From Candidatus Eiseniibacteriota bacterium (GTDB taxonomy: Bacteria > Eisenbacteria > RBG-16-71-46 > CAIMUX01 > VGJL01), in contig JAXDAY010000030.1 of NCBI GenBank assembly GCA_034679345.1, positions 52,925 to 116,924 on the forward strand: a DNA stretch of 64,000 nt. Direction: 5' to 3'. A model generated the notes under the pieces. The model was not told the DNA's origin. It made no database searches and saw only the letters and a list, made by a program, of their open reading frames with translations. Of this stretch, positions 1-11,889 are shown piece by piece; positions within the stretch are counted from its first letter, which is position 1, and each line of letters starts with the position of its first letter. Made by a program: the position numbers and the translations under genes.

Positions 1-2
1 GC

Positions 3-419
3 ATGGTGATCGAGCGGCTCCGGCTCGGCGGAGAGCTCTGGAATCCGAACAAGGAGCAGGCTCGAATCCGAAGCGCCGGTGAGCCGATCGATCTCCTCCA
101 GCTGGCGCCAGCACAGGAGCGGTCCTGGTTTCACGCGCTGGCATGGTCGCCGGAACGGGACCTCGATCGACGACCCCACGCCCTGCGTTCCGCGATCGAT
201 GGCGAAAGGTGGTCGCTTCGACGCGGGATCCTGTGGAGTCTCAAGATCGACAGGCAAGAGGGAACGGAGGGACGTAAGGGCGCCGAGGAGGCGGTCCTCT
301 GCTCCGCGCCGGGCCGGGGCTTGCTCGTTCATCCTCAGCTAGAGGACTATCGATGGATTGACGGCGACCCTTCGCTGCCCTGGGTTGGGGAGGGTGCCGC
401 GGAAGGACTTGAGCTCTGA
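3..419 (+). CDS. Hypothetical protein, 3' part (reading frame enters from the left window edge); stop overlaps the purF start (TGATG)
   Basis: ORF-track frame 3..419; the 1-nt stop/start overlap with purF suggests real translation. I recognise no family, and composition alone is weak support in this GC-rich DNA. Confidence 0.3.
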   Translation: MVIERLRLGGELWNPNKEQARIRSAGEPIDLLQLAPAQERSWFHALAWSPERDLDRRPHALRSAIDGERWSLRRGILWSLKIDRQEGTEGRKGAEEAVLCSAPGRGLLVHPQLEDYRWIDGDPSLPWVGEGAAEGLEL

Positions 420-1816
420 TGGAACGCCGGGGATTTCACGAGGAATGCGGTGTCTTCGGAATCTACGGGACCGGAAACGTCTGCGACTCGATCTACTACG
501 GGCTCTACGCCCTGCAGCATCGTGGCCAGGAGGGGGCGGGGATCGTTGTCCATAACGGCGAGAAGACGCGTGTCCACCGCGGCCTTGGGCTCGTCAGCGA
601 CGTATTCCCCGATTCGATCCGCAATCAGATGGACGGCTATATGGGGATCGGGCACAACCGCTACGCCACGACGGGCAAGTCGACCAAGCTGCGCAACGTC
701 CAGCCGATCCTCGTCGACTACAAGGGCGGAAAGCTGGCGATCGCCCACAACGGGAATCTGACGAATACGGTTGAGCTGCGACAGTCGATGGAGCAGGAGG
801 GATCGATATTCCAGACGACGACCGACTCGGAGCTGGTGTTGCACCTGATCGCCCGATCGAAGCTGCCGACGCTGCCGGACCGGGTCGACGATGCGCTCGG
901 ACAGGTGGAGGGCGCGATCACCTGCCTGATCATGAACGAGAAGATGATCATCGGCGCCCGCGATCCCTTCGGCTGGAGGCCGCTCGTGCTCGGCCACATG
1001 GATGGCGCCTACATCCTCGCCTCGGAGAGCTGCGCCCTGGACATCCTCGGGGCCCAGGCGGTGCGTGAGGTCGAGCCCGGCGAGACCGTTGTCCTCGACG
1101 CCAACGGCGTGCACAGCCGGATGAACCGCGCCGGCGGGACGCATGCCTATTGCATCTTCGAGCAGATCTACTTCTCGCGACCCGACTCGCACGTCTTCGG
1201 CGAAAGCGTCCAGGAAGTGCGGCGCGAGCTGGGCCGCCTGCTCGCGCGGCGCCACCCGGTCGAAGCGGACATCGTCATCTCGGTTCCCGACTCCTCGAAC
1301 AGCGCGGCCCTCGGCTACGCCGAGGAGTCCGGCATTCCCTACGAGCACGGCCTGATCCGCAATCACTACGTCGGACGCACGTTCATTCGCCCGGGGCAGC
1401 AATCGCGCGTCGACGCCGTGCGGGTGAAGTTCAACCCCGTCGTGGAGATCCTGAAGGACCGACGGGTCATCGTGGTGGACGACTCGATCGTGCGCGGGAC
1501 GACGAGCCGCCAGCTCGTGCGACACATCTTTCGGGCCGGCGCGAAGGAGGTCCACTTCCGGCTCTCGAGCCCTCCGATCATCAGCCCCTGCTACTACGGC
1601 ATCGACACTCCGCGGAAATCGGAGCTGATCGGCAGCCGCCTGGAGACGAATCGGATCCAGGAGTACATCGGAGCGACGACGCTCGGGTATCTCTCCATCG
1701 AGGACCTCAGGGCCGCGGTCCAGGCGCCGCAGTCGTACTGCTACGCCTGCTTCACCGGGTCCTATCCGACGCGGGTTCCCGAGGAGGCGGATCCCCTCGT
1801 CTTCGACGTGGACTGA
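419..1816 (+). CDS. purF: Amidophosphoribosyltransferase (glutamine PRPP amidotransferase)
   Basis: N-terminal MERRGFHEECGVFGIYG with the Ntn nucleophile Cys right after Met; the PRTase motif region VVDDSIVRGTT; length 465 aa. Confidence 0.95.
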   Translation: MERRGFHEECGVFGIYGTGNVCDSIYYGLYALQHRGQEGAGIVVHNGEKTRVHRGLGLVSDVFPDSIRNQMDGYMGIGHNRYATTGKSTKLRNVQPILVDYKGGKLAIAHNGNLTNTVELRQSMEQEGSIFQTTTDSELVLHLIARSKLPTLPDRVDDALGQVEGAITCLIMNEKMIIGARDPFGWRPLVLGHMDGAYILASESCALDILGAQAVREVEPGETVVLDANGVHSRMNRAGGTHAYCIFEQIYFSRPDSHVFGESVQEVRRELGRLLARRHPVEADIVISVPDSSNSAALGYAEESGIPYEHGLIRNHYVGRTFIRPGQQSRVDAVRVKFNPVVEILKDRRVIVVDDSIVRGTTSRQLVRHIFRAGAKEVHFRLSSPPIISPCYYGIDTPRKSELIGSRLETNRIQEYIGATTLGYLSIEDLRAAVQAPQSYCYACFTGSYPTRVPEEADPLVFDVD

Positions 1817-1820
1817 CGGC

Positions 1821-3059
1821 GTGCTCTTCGAGCTGTTCGTCGCGCGCCGGCACCTCCTACCGTACCGTGGGAGGATTTTCCTCTCCTTCATCACCCTGAT
1901 CACCGTGCTCGCCGTGACCCTGGGCGTCACCGCGCTGATCGTCGTCCTCGCGGTGATGAATGGCTTCGAGAAGGAGGTGAAGACCCGCATCGTCGGCACC
2001 AACGCGCACGTGATCCTCCTGCGCTTCGGGGAGGAGGGGATCGCCGGCGCCGATTCGATCGCGGCCCTCGTCCGCGGGATCCCCGGCGTGGAGGCCGCGG
2101 CGCCCTTTGTCTACGCGAAGGCGATGATGGTCGCCGCCGGCCGCGCCGACGGAGCCGTCGTGAAGGGGGTCACGACGGACCAGGAGGAGGAGGTCACCTC
2201 CTTCAAGGAGTACGTCGAGACCTTCCCCGACGCCCCGCCGCTCGCGCCACCGGAGGGCGGAAGGCCGGGGATCATCCTCGGGATCCACCTTGCCGAGTCG
2301 CTCGGTCTCACGATCGGAGAGCCGCTGCAGCTCATCTCTCCGAAGGGAACCGCTCCCACGCCCCTCGGCTTCGTCCCGAAGGTGCGGACCTTCGTTCTCT
2401 CGGGCGTCTATCGCTCGGGGATGTACGAGTACGACGCGGGGATGGCCTTCATTGACATCGCCCAGGCGCAGGACTTCTTCGGATTGGGCGATCGCGTGAC
2501 CGCCATCGAGATCCGAGTCACCGAGATGTACCGTGCGCCGGAGAAGGCGGAGGAGATTCTCACCTCGCTTGGGGGCTTCCCCTACCGGACGAACGACTGG
2601 ATCCAGCTCAACGAGAACCTCTTCTCCTGGATGCAGACCGAGAAGCGCGTGATGTTCGTGATCCTGGCGTTGATCGTCCTCGTCGCGGCCTTCAACATCG
2701 CTTCGACCCAGATCATGCTCGTCAAGGTCAAGCGCCGTGAGATCGGCGTGCTGAAGTCGATGGGGGCGACTGAGGGGAAGATCCGCAGGCTATTCGTCAT
2801 CGAAGGGGTGGCGATCGGGGCCGTGGGCATGCTCCTGGGGACGGCGCTCGGTCTCCTTCTTTGCTGGATGCTTGAGCGCTACAAGTTCATCAAGCTGCCG
2901 GGGGACGTCTATTTCATCGACACCCTGCCCGCGCGGGTCTCGGTTCCGGACGTGCTCTGGATCGAGCTGGCCGTCATCGTTCTGAGCGTGGCGGCGACGT
3001 TCATCCCCGCGATGTGGGCGTCGCGCTTCGATCCCGTGGAGGCGATCCGGCATGAGTGA
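1821..3059 (+). CDS. lolE: Lipoprotein-release ABC transporter permease, LolC/LolE family (FtsX-like)
   Basis: 412 aa. An N-terminal TM helix, a large periplasmic MacB-like domain and a C-terminal FtsX 3-TM region (LILALIVLVAAFNIASTQIM); sits directly upstream of lolD. Confidence 0.85.
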   Translation: MLFELFVARRHLLPYRGRIFLSFITLITVLAVTLGVTALIVVLAVMNGFEKEVKTRIVGTNAHVILLRFGEEGIAGADSIAALVRGIPGVEAAAPFVYAKAMMVAAGRADGAVVKGVTTDQEEEVTSFKEYVETFPDAPPLAPPEGGRPGIILGIHLAESLGLTIGEPLQLISPKGTAPTPLGFVPKVRTFVLSGVYRSGMYEYDAGMAFIDIAQAQDFFGLGDRVTAIEIRVTEMYRAPEKAEEILTSLGGFPYRTNDWIQLNENLFSWMQTEKRVMFVILALIVLVAAFNIASTQIMLVKVKRREIGVLKSMGATEGKIRRLFVIEGVAIGAVGMLLGTALGLLLCWMLERYKFIKLPGDVYFIDTLPARVSVPDVLWIELAVIVLSVAATFIPAMWASRFDPVEAIRHE

Positions 3060-3786
3060 GGCGCTGCTGCGGGTCCGCGCGCTCGAGAAGGAGTTCGTCG
3101 CTCCCGGAGGAATCTTGCGGGTTCTGCGCGGGATCGACCTCGATCTGGGCCAGGGCGAGATCCACGTCGTCCTGGGCGCCTCAGGAGTGGGGAAGAGCAC
3201 CCTCCTGCACATCGTGGGCGCGCTGGATCGCCCCACCCGAGGCGGAATCGAGTTTCGCGGGGAGGATCTCTTCCGGCGCAGCGACGCGGATCTGGCGCGA
3301 TTCCGCAACCGGCACGTCGGCTTCGTCTTCCAGTTCCATCACCTCTTGCCCGAATTCACGGCGCTCGAGAATGTCATGATGCCCGGGCTGATCGGCGGAG
3401 CCTCCCTCGCGGAGGGGCGCAGTAGGGCGCGAGAGCTTCTCGCCCAGGTGGGCCTCAGCGAGCGGGAGGGGCACAAGCCAAACGCTCTCTCCGGAGGCGA
3501 ACAGCAGCGAGTCGCCGTCGCCAGGGCCCTCTTCCGCGAGCCCCTGCTGGTGATTGCCGATGAACCCTCCGGAAATCTCGACCCGGAGACGGCCGAGCGG
3601 CTCCATGCCCTGGTGTATACTCTGGCCAGGGAGCGTGGCCAGAGCTGGCTCATCGCCACGCATAATGAAAGCCTCGCGCGAGTTGCCGATAATAGAAGTA
3701 GGCTGATCCAGGGCCGGCTGATCCCGGAGGATCCGGGAGAGGGCCCGGGACCCGTTGAGGCTGCGGAAAGGACTCAGGGAGCGTGA
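3052..3786 (+). CDS. lolD: Lipoprotein-releasing system ATP-binding protein LolD
   Basis: Walker A GASGVGKST, ABC signature LSGGEQQRVAVARAL, Walker B LLVIADEPSGNLD; overlaps the upstream permease gene. Confidence 0.9.
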   Translation: MSEALLRVRALEKEFVAPGGILRVLRGIDLDLGQGEIHVVLGASGVGKSTLLHIVGALDRPTRGGIEFRGEDLFRRSDADLARFRNRHVGFVFQFHHLLPEFTALENVMMPGLIGGASLAEGRSRARELLAQVGLSEREGHKPNALSGGEQQRVAVARALFREPLLVIADEPSGNLDPETAERLHALVYTLARERGQSWLIATHNESLARVADNRSRLIQGRLIPEDPGEGPGPVEAAERTQGA

Positions 3787-4301
3787 AGTGCCAGGTGTGC
3801 GGCGAGGCCGAGGCCTCCATCCACTTCAAGGACCTGCGGGGCGAGCAGGTGCAGGAGATGCATCTCTGCGCCAGCTGCGCGGTTGAGAAGGGATTCCACA
3901 CCCTCGTCGAGCAGCAGAAGGCCTCCTTCCAGCAGAACCTCCTCTGGATGGCCGAGGGGATCTATCCAGAGGGAGTCGGCAAGCTCGCCGCCCTGCAATG
4001 CGAGCACTGCGGGCTGCGCTACAGCGAGTTCACCGAGATCGGCCGACTCGGGTGCGCCCGCTGCTATGACGCCTTCGACACGCAGCTGCGCCGCCTCATG
4101 CGGCGGATCCACGGTGGGACTCGCCACACGGGAAAGTCGCCGGGGAGAGCCGAGGCTCCCGCCGGGCGGGACGAACAGCTCCGCCGGCTTCAGGAGGAGC
4201 TCAGGCGCGCGGTCTCATCCGAGCGTTACGAGGAGGCCGCGAGGATTCGCGACCAGATCCGCCAGTTGGAGGCGGCTCCCGCGGAGGGGGGCTCCGGTTG
4301 A
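3783..4301 (+). CDS. mcsA: McsA-like activator of protein-arginine kinase (four CxxC zinc fingers plus a C-terminal UVR domain)
   Basis: MKCQVCGE, CASC, CEHC and CARC give four CxxC pairs; the C-terminal UVR-like EQLRRLQEELRRAVSSERYEEAARIRDQIRQLE; a GTGA overlap with lolD and an overlap with mcsB. Confidence 0.75.
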   Translation: MKCQVCGEAEASIHFKDLRGEQVQEMHLCASCAVEKGFHTLVEQQKASFQQNLLWMAEGIYPEGVGKLAALQCEHCGLRYSEFTEIGRLGCARCYDAFDTQLRRLMRRIHGGTRHTGKSPGRAEAPAGRDEQLRRLQEELRRAVSSERYEEAARIRDQIRQLEAAPAEGGSG

Positions 4302-5397
4302 TCTCCATCGACTCGATGCTCGTCGGACAGGGGCGGTGGTTTGGCGGCAGCGGGCCGCGCGCGGACGAGATCCTCTCGACGCGCGTCCGGCTTGCGCGCA
4401 ACATCCGTGACGCCCGATTCGTCGCCCGCTGCCGGGAGGAGGAGCTCTCCGATATATTCCAGCGCGTCGGCGCGGCGCTGCGTGGGTCGACATCGTTGAA
4501 GGGTGGAATGGTCCGGGCCGTCGAGGAGCTCGGAGTCCTGGATCGGCAATTCCTGCTCGAGCGCCACCTCGTCTCTCACGACATGGCGGCGGAGGCGCGG
4601 CATCGCGGAGTCGCGGTCGGCCCCGACGAATCGCTCAGCGTGATGGTCAACGAAGAAGACCATCTGAGGATTCAGTCGCTGCGGAGCGGCCTCGATCTGG
4701 AAGGCGCCTGGCGGGCGGCGGGCCGGCTCGACGACGAGCTTTCCGCGAGCGTCGCCTACGCGTATCACGACGAGTTCGGCTATCTCACCGCCTGTCCCAC
4801 AAACGTCGGCACCGGAATGCGCGCAAGCGTGCTGGTGCATCTCCCGGCGCTCGTGCTCACCCAGCGGATCAAGAAGGTCTTGGCGGGGATCACGCAGGTC
4901 GGCTTCACGGTGCGGGGCTTCCACGGCGAGGGGAGTGACGTGATCGGCAACTTCTTCCAGGTCTCGAACCAGGTGACCCTGGGCGTGACCGAGGCGAGCA
5001 CGCTCGAGAAGCTGCAAGGGATCGTGCTTCAAGTGCTCGACATGGAGGCCAAGGCGCGGGAATCTCTCCTCAGGGACGCGCGCGTCCAGATCGAGGACAA
5101 GATCTGCAGAGCGTATGCGACGCTGCGCTACGCGCGGCTTCTCTCGACTCAGGAGTGCATGGGGATCCTCTCGGCGATCCGCTTCGGCGTGACCCTGGGG
5201 ATGGCTCCCCTGCCGGACACGGGAACCCTGAACGCGCTGCTCCTGTATACCCAACCGGCGCATCTTCAGAAGCTGGCCGGGAGGGAGCTGTCATCGTCAG
5301 CCCGCAACGAGTACCGGGCTGCCTGGATTCAAGAGCGACTGAAGGTGACCGATGCGCCGCGCCCCGGGAACGGGACGGCGGCTGGAGGCAGAGACCA

Positions 5398-5401
<4 letters not shown>
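4298..5401 (+). CDS. mcsB: Protein-arginine kinase McsB (ATP:guanido phosphotransferase family)
   Basis: Phosphagen-kinase signature [13 protein letters not shown]; 367 aa; lies between the mcsA-like gene and clpC, as in the Firmicutes ctsR-mcsA-mcsB-clpC operon. Confidence 0.85.
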
Positions 5402-7839
<2,438 letters not shown>

Positions 7840-7888
7840 GAGCAGATCGCCGCGGCCGCGCCGCGGAGGACGGAGCAGGACGCATCCG

Positions 7889-10213
7889 ATGACACTACGG
7901 CGGGTTCGTGCGGGCGCCGGAGGCGCCGCGACCCTCTGGTTGATCTGGCTTATCCTCATCGCCCCGCCTGCCGCGGGGCAAGAGGCGCTTCCCGTACTCC
8001 GGATCGAGGTCGAGGGCAATGTGGCGGCCGATCGGGACCTCATCGTCCGGACCCTCGACATCCCCCTGGAGGCGCCCCTCTCCACCCGCAGATTGCGCAA
8101 CGGGGTCCGCGCGCTGTGGAACCTGGGGCTCTTCTCGACCCTCGAAGTCCGAAGCGAACCGGAAGGGGACGGCCAGCGGCTCACCGTGGCCGTGGCGGAG
8201 AATCCCCGCGTCACGAGCCTCGAGTTCGTCGGCAACAAGAAGATCGGAACCGAGGACCTCAAGGGCAAAGTCGACCTGCGAGCAGGGCAGATCCTCTCCC
8301 GCAGGCGGCTGCACGAGGGATGCGAGGCGGTGGAGAAGGCCTACCGGGATGACGGGTACGCCATGGCACGCTGCGTGCCCGAGGTCAAGGAGGAGCCGCC
8401 CGGTCAGGCCGCCGTGACGTTGCGCGTGGAGGAGGGGCCGCGCGTGAAGATCGCCGCCCTCTCGTTCAGCGGCAACAAGGCCTTCAACGACGACGCGCTG
8501 CGCGGCGCGGCGAAGCTCAAGCCGAACTCGCTCTTCCGCAGGAAGCGATACACCGCCGAGGCCGCGCGCGAGGACCAGATCCGGCTCGAGGAATACTACA
8601 AGAACCGCGGCTACAGGGACGCGGTGGTTCGCACGCTCGATCCCGAGTTCCTCGAAGAGGGCAGAAAGGTTGTTCTCCGTTACGAGATCGAGGAAGGTCC
8701 CTACTACCTCTTCGGCGACCGTACCTGGAGCGGCAACACGGTCGTCCCCACCGAGAAGCTCGAGGCTGCCGCCGCGTTCGCCATCGGAGAGCCGTTCAGC
8801 CAGGAGGCGCTGGATCGTACCACGGCCGAGGCGTACAGCCTCTACACGGAGAAGGGCTATCTGCTGGAGATCTCGGTGCAGCCGACGATCCAGACACGGG
8901 GCGACACCATCGACGTCGCTTACGAGATCCGCGAGGGTTCGCCTTCGAAGGTCCACGAGATCGAGATCCGGGGCAACCGGCGGACGAAGGAGAAGGTGAT
9001 CCGGCGGGAGATGACCCTCTACCCGGGCGATCTCCTGCGCCGTTCGGCGCTCCTGCGCTCGCAACGAGACATCTTCGCGCTCGGGTTCTTCGAGGACGTG
9101 CAGCTCGATTACCAGCCCACCGGCGAAGGAACCGATGTGGATCTCGTGTTCGTCGTCAAGGAGAAGAGCACCGGCTCGGCGAGCGGGGGCGTAGGCTATT
9201 CGAGCGAGACCGGCCTTACGGGATTCGTGCAGCTCGGCCATCCGAACATCTTCGGCAACGGGCAAAGCGTCTCGCTCTCCGTGGAGCGTGGAGGGCGGCG
9301 CGAGAACTATGAGATCAGCTTCAACGATCCTTGGGTCTTCGGCACCCCGACGGCCTTCGGATTCGACATCTTCAACACCCGAAGGACCCGCGATCTCTAC
9401 ACGGAGACGCGCAAGGGAGGCGGCATCAGCTTCGGCCGCCCCTGGTTCTATCGCTATCCCGATTACACGCGGGTCTATCTCGGCTACAGCATGGAGGACT
9501 ACAAGTTCAGCGATTTCGACCCCTCGCTCGAGGAGACGGACTCCGCCTCTGACGGAGTGCCCTTGGCCGACCGGCTGCGCGAGAGCTCGGGGCTGATCAG
9601 CAGCACCTATCTCTCTTTCGTGCGCAACTCGACCGACAACCCCTTCGATCCAACGCTGGGCGCCCGCACGACGCTTCGGCTCGAGCTGGCGGGCGGGATC
9701 CTCTCTGGGGACCAGCACTATTTCAAGCCGAGCATCGATCACCGGATCTACTTTCAGCCCGTCTGGAGGCCCTCGCTCATGCTCCGCTGGCGGTTGGGAT
9801 GGCTGGTCCCACTGGGAGACGGGAATGGGGTCCCGAGCACCGAGACCTTCCGGCTGGGCGGAACCCGTCCGTTCGAGTACCTCCGGGGCTACGACGACTA
9901 CTATGTGGTGCCCGAGGAGAATGTGCGGGGGACCGGTTCGGGACAGGTTCGTTTCCCAGGCGGCAGGGCGATGTTCGGGTTTACCGCCGAGCTGGTCTTG
10001 CCGATCGTCAGCCCTCTGAAAACCCTCCTCTTCTACGACGCGGCTGACGTGTGGAACCGCCCTGGAGAGATGAGTTTCAACGGGCTGAAAGAGGGGCTTG
10101 GCGTCGGGCTTCGCTTCGAGATCCCGATGCTCGGTCAGGTAGGATTCGACTATGCATACGGAACAGCCGTGAAGGACTGGCGATTCCACTTCATCATCGG
10201 ATCCGCGTTCTGA
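7889..10213 (+). CDS. bamA: Outer membrane protein assembly factor BamA (POTRA repeats plus an Omp85 barrel)
   Basis: Signal peptide MTLRRVRAGAGGAATLWLIWLILIAPPAAG; POTRA-like repeats; a C-terminal barrel ending in an aromatic-rich segment (FHFIIGSAF); the ORF-track start at 7796 is probably too far upstream. Confidence 0.9.
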   Translation: MTLRRVRAGAGGAATLWLIWLILIAPPAAGQEALPVLRIEVEGNVAADRDLIVRTLDIPLEAPLSTRRLRNGVRALWNLGLFSTLEVRSEPEGDGQRLTVAVAENPRVTSLEFVGNKKIGTEDLKGKVDLRAGQILSRRRLHEGCEAVEKAYRDDGYAMARCVPEVKEEPPGQAAVTLRVEEGPRVKIAALSFSGNKAFNDDALRGAAKLKPNSLFRRKRYTAEAAREDQIRLEEYYKNRGYRDAVVRTLDPEFLEEGRKVVLRYEIEEGPYYLFGDRTWSGNTVVPTEKLEAAAAFAIGEPFSQEALDRTTAEAYSLYTEKGYLLEISVQPTIQTRGDTIDVAYEIREGSPSKVHEIEIRGNRRTKEKVIRREMTLYPGDLLRRSALLRSQRDIFALGFFEDVQLDYQPTGEGTDVDLVFVVKEKSTGSASGGVGYSSETGLTGFVQLGHPNIFGNGQSVSLSVERGGRRENYEISFNDPWVFGTPTAFGFDIFNTRRTRDLYTETRKGGGISFGRPWFYRYPDYTRVYLGYSMEDYKFSDFDPSLEETDSASDGVPLADRLRESSGLISSTYLSFVRNSTDNPFDPTLGARTTLRLELAGGILSGDQHYFKPSIDHRIYFQPVWRPSLMLRWRLGWLVPLGDGNGVPSTETFRLGGTRPFEYLRGYDDYYVVPEENVRGTGSGQVRFPGGRAMFGFTAELVLPIVSPLKTLLFYDAADVWNRPGEMSFNGLKEGLGVGLRFEIPMLGQVGFDYAYGTAVKDWRFHFIIGSAF

Positions 10214-10293
10214 GCCGCTTTTCCGCCTCGCCGCTCTCCCGAGAATTGGTTAGGATCCGCTCGCGGACGGCGAGCCGTACGGGAGGTATCGAC

Positions 10294-10824
10294 ATGCTTC
10301 GCAGATTGCGAGTTCTCATCGCTGCGGGCTTCGTCCTGGCTGCCGCGGCCGGGGGAGCCAGCTCACAAGATCTTAAGATTGGCTTCATCCGCTCGGCGAC
10401 GATCTTGGACCAGTACCAGGGCGCGCGTGTCGCGACCGAGACCTTCAATCGGGACGTCGAAGCATGGAACCAGGAGATGCAGCAGCGTAAGTCGGAGCTC
10501 GACCTCATCGGCAAGGCGCTGGAGGCCCAGTCCCCGATGCTCTCCGATGTCTCCCGAAGAGAGAAGGAGCAGGAGTATCAACGCAAGTTGAACGAGTACG
10601 ACCAGTACGTGCAGAGCATCTGGGGGTCAGGGGGGCTCGTCCAGCAACGCAACGAGGAGCTCCTGCGACCGATCGTCGAGAAGATCCAGAGGATCGCCCG
10701 GAAAGTGGCCGAGGAGGACTCCTACGACTTCCTCTTCGACGCTTCCGAGGGAAACCTGATCTACGGAGATCGAGAGCATGATCTCACCGCTCGGGTGATC
10801 GAGCTCTTGAACCAGCCCGAGTAG
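10294..10824 (+). CDS. skp: Periplasmic chaperone Skp (OmpH family)
   Basis: Signal peptide MLRRLRVLIAAGFVLAAAAGG; a coiled-coil-rich sequence of about 175 aa; the canonical position between bamA and lpxD; an RBS GGGAGG lies upstream of the ATG at 10294. Confidence 0.75.
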   Translation: MLRRLRVLIAAGFVLAAAAGGASSQDLKIGFIRSATILDQYQGARVATETFNRDVEAWNQEMQQRKSELDLIGKALEAQSPMLSDVSRREKEQEYQRKLNEYDQYVQSIWGSGGLVQQRNEELLRPIVEKIQRIARKVAEEDSYDFLFDASEGNLIYGDREHDLTARVIELLNQPE

Positions 10825-10830
10825 GAAGCC

Positions 10831-11889
10831 GTGTCGATGCGCATTACCGTCCGGGAGCTCGCCGCGCGGCTGGGACTGGAGTATCGCGGGAACGGAGATG
10901 CGGTCCTGAGCGGCGTGGCGGGGATCCGCGAGGCGGGGCCCGGAGATCTCACATTCCTCGGGAACCCGCGGTACGAGGCCGACATGGCGACCACACGCGC
11001 GACGGCGATCATCATGGCCGAGCCGCGAGAATCGATTGCCGCCGCCGTCATCTTGAGCCATCAACCCTACCTTGCCTTCCTGGAGGCGCTCGGCATCTTC
11101 TCCTCGGGGCGCCCCGAGCTCGCGCCCGGCGTGCATGCGACCGCCCTGATCGGCGAGGGGGTTTCACTCGGGGACGGGGTGGCGATCGGCGCCCATGTCT
11201 GGGTCGGTGAGCGGACGACGATCGGCGATGGAACTTCGATCTTCGCGGCATGCTTCGTCGGGAGCGATGTCCGCATCGGGAAGGGAACGTTGCTTCATCC
11301 GCGCGTCGTGGTCCGAGAAGGGGTCGTGATCGGCGATCGGGTCATCGTGCACGCGGGAGCCGTCATCGGGGATGATGGGTTCGGCTTCGTCCGGGACGGC
11401 GATGCGATCCGGAAGATCCCCCAGATCGGGACTGTGGAGATCGGCGATGACGTCGAGATCGGAGCAAACGCGACCATCGATCGGGCGACGACCGGCGTCA
11501 CGAGGATCGGTGCGGGCACGAAGATCGACAATCTCGTCCAGATCGCCCACAACGTCCAGGTGGGTCGCAACTCGATCTTCTGCGCGCAGGTCGGCGTCTC
11601 GGGGAGCACCGTGGTCGGCGATGGCGTCACGCTTGCCGGCCAGGCGGGTCTGGTGGGCCATATCCGCATCGGAGACGGCGCCCAGGTCGGGGCTCAGGGC
11701 GGGGTGACGAAGTCGGTGCCGGACGGCCAGACCGTTTCGGGCTACCCGGCCCTTCCGCACGCGCAGGCGCGCAGAATCTACGCGTCGATGCGCCAGTTGC
11801 CGGAGCTTCTTCGGACCTTGCGGGACTTGGGCCGTCGCATCGATCAGCTCGAGAGAGAGTCCGGCCGCACGGAGGAGGGGAATCGATGA
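10831..11889 (+). CDS. lpxD: UDP-3-O-acylglucosamine N-acyltransferase LpxD
   Basis: N-terminal LpxD domain (ITVRELAARLGLEYRG) followed by extensive hexapeptide left-handed beta-helix repeats; the position after skp. Confidence 0.9.
   Translation: MSMRITVRELAARLGLEYRGNGDAVLSGVAGIREAGPGDLTFLGNPRYEADMATTRATAIIMAEPRESIAAAVILSHQPYLAFLEALGIFSSGRPELAPGVHATALIGEGVSLGDGVAIGAHVWVGERTTIGDGTSIFAACFVGSDVRIGKGTLLHPRVVVREGVVIGDRVIVHAGAVIGDDGFGFVRDGDAIRKIPQIGTVEIGDDVEIGANATIDRATTGVTRIGAGTKIDNLVQIAHNVQVGRNSIFCAQVGVSGSTVVGDGVTLAGQAGLVGHIRIGDGAQVGAQGGVTKSVPDGQTVSGYPALPHAQARRIYASMRQLPELLRTLRDLGRRIDQLERESGRTEEGNR

Noticed and set aside
7895-10189. 764-aa minus-strand ORF antisense to bamA
   Set aside because: Same GC-rich antisense-frame artefact; bamA on the + strand has clear POTRA/Omp85 features.
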